Shown here piece by piece: positions 56,001 to 64,000 of a stretch of 64,000 nt of DNA (positions are counted from its first letter, which is position 1; each line of letters begins with the position of its first letter). The stretch lies in contig OZ025733.1 of NCBI GenBank assembly GCA_964019335.1, positions 62,001-126,000 of the forward strand. The letters are read 5' to 3'. The notes under the pieces were generated by a model. It searched no databases, was not told the DNA's origin, and worked only from the letters and a program-made list of their open reading frames with translations. Made by a program: the position numbers and the translations under genes. Origin of the DNA: Diplonema japonicum. Lineage: Eukaryota; Protista; Euglenozoa: Diplonemea.

Positions 56001-56426
56001 AACGAGGAGCTGAGGCAGCAGCTGGAGGAGGCACGGGCCCGGGTGGAGAAGACCGAGCTGCACTACCAAGAAGTGGTGAAGGACCACGGGACAAAGATGT
56101 CGAAGCTCCTACACGAGAAGTTGGAAGAGCAGCAACAGCACTACATGGACGAGCTCCACGAACAGCAGCTGCACGAGAAGACCATCAAGGACAAGCTGAA
56201 GAACGCAAGGAAGATCACCCAGAAGAGCAAACAGAAGTTCGACGAGATGGTCCTGGAGAACGAGAAGCTCCAGACTCAGTTCGAGGAGTTCAAGATCTCC
56301 GCCTTCAGGTTCCACCAAGAGTCCGAGACCCTTGCTGTCGAGGACAACACAGAGAAGATCAGAGAGATGATCAGGAACCAGAACAACACCAGAAAGGAGC
56401 AGAACGATGCTTTTACTGGTGTGTAA
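53100..56426 (+). CDS. Kinesin with N-terminal motor and long coiled-coil stalk (paralog 2)
   Basis: Same motor motifs (GQSGSGKT, SSRSH, DLAGSER, INLSLSALG); stalk identical to paralog 1. Confidence 0.95.
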   Translation: MGKKASGASENIRVVIRKRPMLGAEKQNCKETVHLDLAMGSVAVHHAVGDPDRWTFDAVYDNTFDQIQVYKGEVLPLVQSVLDGYNATVFAYGQSGSGKTHTMTGNTEKPDGMMPHALNGIFAGIKNLESPQKSYRIKVQYLELYNGKARDLIANGKPQTLEIKNFHVVGTENPEVANPADCMKLFHEGTAKRVTASTGLNEHSSRSHAIFTLTVISTDHEADAGTPVIMQSKLNLCDLAGSERQSKTNTSGEELRQGCNINLSLSALGTVIDKLVKGNGHVPYRSSPLTMLLKDSLGGNSKTVMFANIGPADINTAETISTLRFADRAKQIENKPVKNLDPKDQHIADLKAQVEDLKKRLARGGGGNMEAEDKMREQIENLELERDQDKQSWERDKLELEGDLSEIKARNQTLIETVEKSQLEVQSAIDQKKIEENLVVGLKDELADMKRMVMDFIQRILPDEVLHGALQRFNKEKGAGASADDDSDLWDRNKIWGLMEAFHEHSKKNKGVSSEEAERAVSSVKEELEGKLKSQADSLERERGYFQEELKKEKEQRTDEMEAQSKLKSELQAKEQEVVRLKEKITRDLDKFKQKLQQKQKDRDEIQGKLQGKEEELQEKVRTLERLGTKLSEQEGSVDQRLKERTVELRSVHEKELEEARRTMEGKIETVEGEKTSLLNKMNQLEIQVKQSVRKALVQKAQGGTAGDGAGEIGEGGVGGVNDGFLDEAELENLGDDTIDKDMFEELHVQVRLQCRLQRLRHLQQKQLDTLIERYHKAAGDNRGKISEEKMLQQVQKAVSEKEGELENLRQESQKTQDKLVKRINKKLAEFQETEQKLQEEMGSLEEENKELTDMNDRMGKQHEQALETATTLKAVLEQREAESESEKRRLQREVQQGNAQLVQMDEDMEELRKVISKGKGTEQQLNDVKKEYELTRINLRDQRGQVDAQRARLKNMEEMWAEEKGRNEELRQQLEEARARVEKTELHYQEVVKDHGTKMSKLLHEKLEEQQQHYMDELHEQQLHEKTIKDKLKNARKITQKSKQKFDEMVLENEKLQTQFEEFKISAFRFHQESETLAVEDNTEKIREMIRNQNNTRKEQNDAFTGV

Positions 56427-57515
56427 AGGGAAAAGAAAGTGGTCAAAACATACAAAAAAAAAAAAATCCAGGGCAATCTACGATTGGAGGACGTGGGTCA
56501 TTCCTGTAGACATGTAGAATAAAGGGAGAATAATGTAAGGGGGTGGAAACAGAGTATACGAAAGCAAATAAAAAAAAGTAGAAAGTATAGGATACTTATT
56601 CTTTTTATTCTCCTCCTCTTCTTCTCACACCCCCCCCCCCCCCCCCTTCCCCTTTTTTGTGCCAGAATATGGCACCATTGTTTGCAATAAAATAAAATTC
56701 CTCTGTTGTTGGTTTTTTTTTTTTTTTTTTTTCCTCTTAAGACTATTTCGTGAAAAAAAAATTGAGTCTCGGTGTTTCAAAGGCCGTTGTTATTTTGTTT
56801 TTTTCAAGCCCCTCCTGAACTGTTCAGAATGAAGAGGAAGAAAAAGAGAGGGATACTTGGGACAAAGAAAAATGATGCCGAAATAGCTGAAAAAAATTAG
56901 AATATTCGAAATAATGAAGGACGGCCATCGTAGAGTGAGTCAAAAACAATAAAGGGAATCGACTTTTTTTCTTCTTCTTCCTTTGCATACAGCTGCTCTT
57001 TTTTTTTTTCTTTCATTCTTTTTTTTTTCGGAACTACAACTTTTATTTATTTATTGCACCACACAAATGAAAGTTTGGAAGGATGGCCCGTCCCCTAGCC
57101 TCCTTAAGTAAATAATATTGCGGGGATAAAGACGACCCCCCCCCCCCCCCCCCCACCCTTTGATTATTTTACTTTATTTTTTATTTTTCATTAACACCGG
57201 TTACTAATATTTTTTCTTTTTTTGTTTAATTCCCTTTTATATTCTTGAGCCCCCCTGCACAACTTCCCCGTTTCTTTTATTTTTCGATACCCCCCCCTTT
57301 TTTTTCCCCTCCTCCCTAATGAACCTTAACTAAAACAGAAATAAAAAAGAGCAATTCTACTTTTTAAAAAAGAAGAAAAGAAATGACAAAAAAAAAAACA
57401 AAGTACCTTACTGCTTACTGGTATTGCTTCACTTTTATTCCTTCTTTTAAACGTGCTCTTTCGCGTTATTTTAACACCCCTCCACACAGATTCCCACAAC
57501 ACCAGCACATAAACA

Positions 57516-57998
57516 ATGCCCTCGCAGAAGAAGAGCCCGAAGAAGAGGGGATCGAAGAAGGGAGGGAAGCATGTGTCGAGGTCGTCGAAGGCTGGGCTGA
57601 CCTTCCCTGTGGGGAGGGTGGGGAGCAGCCTGAAGAAGGGACGGTTCGCGAGGAGGGTGAGCGCGCCTGCCGCTGTCTTCCTGACGGCTGTGATGGAGTA
57701 CTGCACGTCTGAGCTGCTGACGCTGTCTGCGAGGTGCGCCCTCAAAACCTCGAAGAGCGAGGATGTTGAGGACAAGCAGCAGAACATCAAGCCCCGCCAC
57801 ATCTGCCTTGCAGTGAGGCAGGACGAGGACCTTAGCCAGCTCCTGTCGCAGGTCACCATCTCGGGCGGCGGTGTGATGAAGCACGTCCACAAGGCCGTGC
57901 TCAAGAAGAAGAAGGACTCCGTTCCCTCCGACGACACCAAGAAGGACAAGAAGAGCAAAAAGGACAAGAAGGACAAGAAGAAGAAGAAGAGCGAATAG
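57516..57998 (+). CDS. H2A: Histone H2A variant (copy 4, 160 aa)
   Basis: Protein identical to copies 2 and 3. Confidence 0.93.
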   Translation: MPSQKKSPKKRGSKKGGKHVSRSSKAGLTFPVGRVGSSLKKGRFARRVSAPAAVFLTAVMEYCTSELLTLSARCALKTSKSEDVEDKQQNIKPRHICLAVRQDEDLSQLLSQVTISGGGVMKHVHKAVLKKKKDSVPSDDTKKDKKSKKDKKDKKKKKSE

Positions 57999-58269
57999 AC
58001 TCTTTTACTTACTCTTCCTCCACGCTTTCCCACTCTTTTTCTTTTCTTTTTTTTCTTTTTTTTTTTTTCATTCCCTCTCTGTTCGCACCCCATGAGTGGT
58101 GGTGCCATTAAGCACCTCAGTTTTCTTCTTTTTTTTTCTTTTCTTTTTCGATTCCCAAACCTACCATGTGGTGGGGGCACTACTCGGTGCCTTTGTATCT
58201 GTATTTCTTTTTTTTTTTTTTTTTTTTTGTTATAACCCACCACCCCTACCCCACTTGCAGGATTTAAAC

Positions 58270-60654
58270 ATGCCTCTGGACGCATCGTTTTCTACTTTTT
58301 TAGATGAGAAGAATCTTCTCAGGACAGCCCCGCTGTCGAAGCTGAAGGGGACAAGGATCGCTATCGATGCCCACCACTGGATGAAGGTGCTGACACCGAA
58401 GATCAGCGAGCCTTACCAAGCGGTCATGGGCGGTGTCCCTCTTACCATGGAGAAGGCCATCGCGCAGGAGCTCGCCAAGTTCAAGAAGGCGGAGATCACA
58501 CCTATCTTTGTGTTCAACGGTCTTCCCATGATACTGACGCAGTCCCCGCAGCAGCTTGTTCAGAACCCATTTCTGCTTGAGATCTACGACAAGAGGGAGG
58601 CCGCTTGGCAGGTCCTTCACGAGAACAAGCAGAGCTGCAAGCAGCTCTTCGAACAGGCAGGAAGCACCATTACCTCGTCTGAGTTCCAGCACAATTTGAT
58701 CAGAATTCTGAGGGAGAACCGTGTTGAGTTCTTTAAGGCCCCGTACATGGCGTGGGCTCAAATGGCGTACTGGTGCCAGAAGAAGGAGAGGTGCGTGCAC
58801 CAGGTTCAGGGACCCAACGAGCTGATCATGTTTGAGCATGTTGAGGTGTTGATCCTTGACTTTAGGTTCGAGATGCAGGAGTTTGACTACATCATCAAAT
58901 CGGAGATTAAGAGAGCGCTTATGCAGGATTCCCCGTCGCCTGACACGGTGCTTACTGATTCGCAGTTCCTTGACTGCTGTCTGCTGACCGGTCTTAAGGG
59001 GCAGATCAAGCATCCCAAGCACTTCAATCATGTTCAGTTCGTGAAGATCGCGCAGACGCTGCAGAAGTTTGGCAACGCGTGCGATTTTATCATGTCGAAG
59101 CCGCCTGTCGAGGGGCCGACCAACCAGCAGCTGTCCAAGAACCACATGAGGATTCGCGCTGTTATCAGGCATTCTGTTGTTTTCACCCTGGACGGGCAGT
59201 GTCTCCCCATGACACACGCAGCAGCTCGCGAGTCGGGCGATGAGAATGAACGTGTTCCGTGTAACCTTTCCGACTTGTGGGGACACCGTCTCCCTAACAT
59301 TCTGTACTTCTTCCTGTGTATCGGTGCCATTCAGACACAGGTCCTCATCAATGTGGTGCAGAACCAGATGATCGAAACGATCCCGCAGATGGATACGGAA
59401 GACTACAGGCATCTCTTACAAAGAATACTACCTCTGAGGACGCAGATCGCGCATCAGTTGATCCAGCAGCTTGGTGAAAGGGACGAGAAGTACTTCATCA
59501 GAGGGCCGATGACATGCTGGCGGTGGTTCCATTCCACGCAGGCTCCCATCCCGCAGCCGCCTCCCATCAAACTGGACGAGTGGAACATCATGCACCACGA
59601 CATCAAGAAGCTGACGAAGAACGCGAACGGAACCGACGCAAAGCTTGACTTCCTGTTTGTGGTGAAGCACTTCGCGAAGAACGCGAGCTTGGAGAAAACG
59701 TACATCTCGTTCGAAGAAGTGGTGTGCGCTATTCACCTCAAAGCCTTGGACCTCTTAGGGTACTTCACGCATCTTCACGGCGGCCCGGAGTCAAACGAAC
59801 CCGCATCGGGTGTATCTGGCTTCAGCGAAGCATTGTTGAAAACCGACGCACCGGAGTTCAGTGAGTACTCTGTTTTGTTGATTGAACTGTTTAGGACAAA
59901 GGCTTTGACGGCAAACCACTTCACATACATGAGGCCTGATCCAAGTTCGGTCTCGAAGTCAGCGGATCCTTGGCAAACGCAGCCGCCTCAGGGTGCTGTG
60001 AACCCAAGGGATTTGAAGCACTTCCCTCAGTTGAAGCTTCCTGCTGTGTACATGCAGACATCGCCCGCGCAACAAGCTACTTATGAGTCGTGCTGTTTGT
60101 TGATTTCTAGGATATGGTCGTTGTTGCCTATGAAGCTTAGCGATCTTGCTTGGTTCTCGGATGTTTCGAAAGATTTGCTGGCGTTCAACACCATTGTGAA
60201 GGCTCTTCACAAGACCCTCCGTAATCTTATCGAGGTTGTCGCCGCTGTTTTGTTTTTAGAAAGCAGGACTTCTATCGATCCTTACCATTACCACGAGCTT
60301 CCGCAAGTTCTGCCGTTCGGGCAGGAATCCAACACCGCCATGGGTATCGTTATTGATTATATCATGAGGGGTGGTGGCTCGGACCACAGTACTAGGGCGG
60401 CAAGGATTTCTCATTTGAAGAATAAGTATCCGTGTTGTGCTGATCTTGAGGCGGACCTGAGGAAGGGGTTCAGGTTCTGGCTCACCGTAGAGACCATCTA
60501 CGCAGAGTTGTGCAACGACAACCAGACCATCCCGCAGACGCTTCGCGAGATCTTTGATTACTCTAAGAGCATGCTAAGGATTATGCTGCACCGCTTTATC
60601 GATCTCGGTGCCGAGAAGTCCCCGGATGACAACTACACTGACCCTCCTCACTAA
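58270..60654 (+). CDS. MKT1: MKT1-like post-transcriptional regulator (XPG/PIN-like fold)
   Basis: The N-terminus (FLDEKNLL...L..LKGTRIAIDAHHW...EPY.AVMGGVP......EL..FK...ITPIFVFNG) and APYMAWAQMAY match the remembered Mkt1 N-terminal pattern; length ~800 aa fits. Confidence 0.8.
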   Translation: MPLDASFSTFLDEKNLLRTAPLSKLKGTRIAIDAHHWMKVLTPKISEPYQAVMGGVPLTMEKAIAQELAKFKKAEITPIFVFNGLPMILTQSPQQLVQNPFLLEIYDKREAAWQVLHENKQSCKQLFEQAGSTITSSEFQHNLIRILRENRVEFFKAPYMAWAQMAYWCQKKERCVHQVQGPNELIMFEHVEVLILDFRFEMQEFDYIIKSEIKRALMQDSPSPDTVLTDSQFLDCCLLTGLKGQIKHPKHFNHVQFVKIAQTLQKFGNACDFIMSKPPVEGPTNQQLSKNHMRIRAVIRHSVVFTLDGQCLPMTHAAARESGDENERVPCNLSDLWGHRLPNILYFFLCIGAIQTQVLINVVQNQMIETIPQMDTEDYRHLLQRILPLRTQIAHQLIQQLGERDEKYFIRGPMTCWRWFHSTQAPIPQPPPIKLDEWNIMHHDIKKLTKNANGTDAKLDFLFVVKHFAKNASLEKTYISFEEVVCAIHLKALDLLGYFTHLHGGPESNEPASGVSGFSEALLKTDAPEFSEYSVLLIELFRTKALTANHFTYMRPDPSSVSKSADPWQTQPPQGAVNPRDLKHFPQLKLPAVYMQTSPAQQATYESCCLLISRIWSLLPMKLSDLAWFSDVSKDLLAFNTIVKALHKTLRNLIEVVAAVLFLESRTSIDPYHYHELPQVLPFGQESNTAMGIVIDYIMRGGGSDHSTRAARISHLKNKYPCCADLEADLRKGFRFWLTVETIYAELCNDNQTIPQTLREIFDYSKSMLRIMLHRFIDLGAEKSPDDNYTDPPH

Positions 60655-62005
60655 TTTTTTTTTTTTTTTTTGGTAACACAGACTTTTTTTTCTTACCCCC
60701 ACCCACTTTTTTTTTTTTTTTTGGAAATGCATTGGTTAAGTTCCTTTGGTTTCCAAGTTATGCTCTCATTTAGCAATTCCCCCCCCCCCCCCCCCTCTCC
60801 CTTCCCTTATACAAAGGAGTTCGCAGAAAAAAAAGATGGCATTAAAAAAAAAGTGTTGTTTTTTCTCCCCCCCATTTAGAGAACAAAAAAAAGAAACCGT
60901 TTCACGCCCCCCCCCCCCCCCCCTTCCTCCCCCACTTGTTTGCTTTTTTTTTTTAAATGATTTTCTTTTTTTGTTGACAAATAATATAAAAAAAAAAAAA
61001 ACTGCTCTTTTTTCAGTTAGAAGAAGCACAAAAAAAGGAAGAAGAAAAAAAGAGAAGGGGGAAGGGGGGGAAAAAAAAAAAGAAGAAAAAAAAGTGCATT
61101 AGCTGTAGCAGTACCAGTCGGATTTTTACCCAACAAGGCGAATTGGTTTTTTTTTTCTCTCCCCCCCTCTCTCTTTTTGCACTTAATTTCTTAGAAGGGA
61201 TTGTTTTTCCTTTTTTTTTTTTATTTTATATACTGTGCTTCGCTGGTGAGAATCCCTTCTCATTTGCTTGATTGTGTGCATGTGAACACCTTTAAGTCGC
61301 AAAGCAACCAGCCAACAAAGCCGCCCTTCTTTTTCTTTTTTCTTTTCTTCTTTTCAATTTTCTTTTGATTTTTTTTTTTTTTAATTTCTGTTCCTCCTCT
61401 TGATCTCGAAGTACTGAGGGGGAATGTCCTCCCTTTCCCCCAATTTTGCCCAAATTACAGAAGAAAAACCCATAAAGGATCCACTGCTTGTTGCGATTTG
61501 CGCTCTCTCGGCCGTCGTGAGTAGTTCAACTTGTAATGGATTTCGTCATGTCCTTTGGCCCCTTTTTTTTCTTTTTTTTTTTTTTTCTTTTTGACTTGAT
61601 TGATCAGACAGTTCCGGTCCTTTATGGGGTTTAAAAAAAAAAAAAGATGAGATAAAGCAAATCTACACGTAAAAAGCCCATCTTTCACCCGACCAAAGTT
61701 AGTGTTGCAATTCCCACCACCCCTCTTTACCCCCCGTTCCCCCCACCCTCATCCAGAAAAGTGTCGTTTTTATTTTACTTTTTTTTTTTCTCTTTCTTTT
61801 TTTTTTTTCTCTTCTTTTTACTCCTCCCACCACCTCTTTGTTTCTCTTCCTTTTTTTTTTTTAGACTCACAGTTTCGCCATCCCCCCCCACAACCATTTT
61901 CCTCGTGATTTTTTTTGTCCTTTTTTTTTTTGTTCCCCGCTCCAAAATCTTTTTTTTAAAAAAAATAAAAAAGAGCGGGCAAAAAAAAAAAAAAAAAAAA
62001 AAGAA

Positions 62006-63115
62006 ATGTCGATGAAGCACATAGGCACGCTACTTTTGGTGATAACACAAACCCACGCATGCAGTTACTTTGCAGTGGAATCCCCAGAGGGGGAGGTGTT
62101 GGGAAGGACGATGGAGACCGCCGGCACACAAAGTCCACCCTGCAAACAAGACCCCCCGATAGCCTGGAACCTGGTTAAGGTTCAGAAAGGGCTGACGATC
62201 CAGCCATACTGCACGGGTCTGCCCCTCCCATCTTGGGTCACAAGGTACGGGTACGTGGGGATCGGCGCGCCACCCGAAGTGAGAAAAGTCTACGATGGCA
62301 TCAACACCGAAGGCCTTTCAGTCCAGACACAGACTTTAAACACAGCACACTACCCAACTTCACAGGCGAACGGGAAAATAAACATCTGCTTTTTCGATTT
62401 CGCACAGTGGGCACTGTCATCATTCGGTACCGTCGGGGAGCTGAAAGCAGCACTTCAAAACACCAGCATTGTTGCTGATAAATATCCTTTAGAAGGGGGT
62501 GCTGTTCACTGGCAGGTGACGGACGCAGCGAAGAACTCAATCGTGGTGGAGGTGGTTGACGAGAAGATCGCCATCCACAACAACACAGTAAAGGTAATGA
62601 CCAACGACCCTCCCTTCAAATGGCAGCTTTGGAACCTCAACAACTACATGCGGTTCAACACACAGTGGTCCTATGATTCTGGGATCTCTGTTCAGACGGA
62701 GTTGGGACAGATGCCCTTTGAGATCTCCCACGGTACCAACACTGTCGGCCTCCCTGGTGACTACACCCCTCCTGGTAGGTTCGTTAGATTGTTTTTTTTC
62801 AAACAGTTTGCGCAGATCAACACCCCTCCTACTTCTACTGCCGATGCCATTACGCTTGCTACTGCGCTTATCAATGATGTGCACATTCCGAAGGGTGTTG
62901 TGGCGCACAATAGCCAAGCGGGTGATGTTTGTTACGATTTCACGCAGTGGGCGAGCTTGAAGACACCTTCTGTCCCAACGTTTTACTACAGGACGTATGA
63001 CAACATGCAGTGGAAAAAGATCGTTCTCTCGGAGCTCGATTTCACTACTAGCAAGGAGACACCCGTCTTCACCTCCTCGGATGGTATTGTGGACGCGAGT
63101 GGCTCTTTGAACTGA
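62006..63115 (+). CDS. Choloylglycine hydrolase/penicillin V acylase-like Ntn-hydrolase (peptidase C59) with signal peptide
   Basis: A signal-like leader precedes the nucleophile Cys (HA|CSYF); GRTME, DGINTEGL, HWQVTDA..SIVVE, VMTNDPPF.WQL.NL, GLPGDYTPPGRFVR, YYRTYDN. Confidence 0.9.
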   Translation: MSMKHIGTLLLVITQTHACSYFAVESPEGEVLGRTMETAGTQSPPCKQDPPIAWNLVKVQKGLTIQPYCTGLPLPSWVTRYGYVGIGAPPEVRKVYDGINTEGLSVQTQTLNTAHYPTSQANGKINICFFDFAQWALSSFGTVGELKAALQNTSIVADKYPLEGGAVHWQVTDAAKNSIVVEVVDEKIAIHNNTVKVMTNDPPFKWQLWNLNNYMRFNTQWSYDSGISVQTELGQMPFEISHGTNTVGLPGDYTPPGRFVRLFFFKQFAQINTPPTSTADAITLATALINDVHIPKGVVAHNSQAGDVCYDFTQWASLKTPSVPTFYYRTYDNMQWKKIVLSELDFTTSKETPVFTSSDGIVDASGSLN

Positions 63116-63627
63116 TTTCTTTTTTTTTTTCTTCTTTTTTTGTAATGTGGATTGCACGTCCCATCCGGGTTCCTCCTTCCCCCTGACTGTCTCTCTGGTT
63201 TTTTTAAGGGGAGGGGAGAAAAAAAAAAAAGAAACGAGAGAGAAAATTATATGGGGGGAGAGAAAGGGGAGGGGGCGGGGAGAAAAAAAAAAAAAACCAT
63301 CAGTTTTTTTTTTCCCCGTGTAATCAAGGACAGTGCTTGTGCAGAGCGCCACCAACATTGGCCTCCTTTAGCTCTTTTTTCTCTTTTTTCCCCCTTCTCT
63401 TTTCTTAAAAAGGCGATCCTTGTCACACTTCCCTTTTCAAACACGTATTTTCTTTTATTATATTTTTTTTTCTTTGTTTTTTTTTTTACAAAGTACTTTG
63501 ATCTCCTTAAAAAAGAAAAGGAAGAAAATAAAATGGCCTTTTTTTTTTTTAAAAAAAAAAATCCATTCAATCCTTCCTGATCACTTCAACCCCCCCCACT
63601 CCACGCAGCAAAAAAAGAAATAAAAAA

Positions 63628-64000
63628 ATGCCATGGACGAGGCTGATGTGCGGGGTAGTCCTTGCAATCTCTACGGAAGGGTGCAGCTATTTTGCGATAG
63701 GCTCGCCAGAGGGGGAGGTTCTTGGCAGGACACTGGAAACAGCGGGGAACCCACCTGCTGAAGTGAACAGCCCACGCCCGTGGGGGCTGGTGAAGAGGAA
63801 ACACGATGAGGTGTACCAGCCCGCCTGCACCGACCTAAATCTCGACACATGGAAGGCCTCCCTCGGCTTCGTGGGCATCGGCCTATACCCCCTACCAGGG
63901 AAGGTACTGGACGGTATCAACACGGCAGGCCTGGCCGTTCAGGCACATACCTTAAACTCAGCGCAATACCCTACCAAAACATCCCCTGGGAAACACAATG
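63628..64000 (+). CDS. Second C59 Ntn-hydrolase paralog, 5' part; runs off the window end
   Basis: MPWTRLMCGVVLAISTEG|CSYFAIGSPEGEVLGRTLETAG...DGINTAGLAVQAHTLNSAQYPT; open to the window edge. Confidence 0.85.
   Translation, partial: MPWTRLMCGVVLAISTEGCSYFAIGSPEGEVLGRTLETAGNPPAEVNSPRPWGLVKRKHDEVYQPACTDLNLDTWKASLGFVGIGLYPLPGKVLDGINTAGLAVQAHTLNSAQYPTKTSPGKHN

Overview
Eukaryotic nuclear DNA, most likely a euglenozoan (diplonemid-like); this assignment is inferred. All supported protein genes (about 24) lie on the + strand, as in a polycistronic cluster. The H2A resembles kinetoplastid H2A and MKT1 is present, yet cis-introns and SRP9 are also present. Genes: LSm2, acetolactate synthase, DUF1399 protein, N-acylated small protein, hypotheticals, a large coiled-coil protein, WNK kinase, V-ATPase subunit a, SRP9 (visible only after splicing), ATG4, EamA transporter, RICTOR, EF-hand protein, MYST acetyltransferase, two kinesins, MKT1 and two bacterial-like C59 Ntn-hydrolases. 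Four near-identical Lys-tailed H2A genes are interspersed at about 5 kb intervals. Splicing by hand gives 19 GT-AG introns, 18 of them 36-78 nt. They have a GTNTG donor and usually a poly(A) or A-rich body instead of a polypyrimidine tract. Non-coding DNA is full of long homopolymers and small inverted-repeat elements. It includes a complete TTAA-flanked piggyBac-like element with a non-transposase core and a TSD-flanked poly(A) insertion beside a tRNA-like sequence. All protein identifications come from remembered motifs; no database searches were run.
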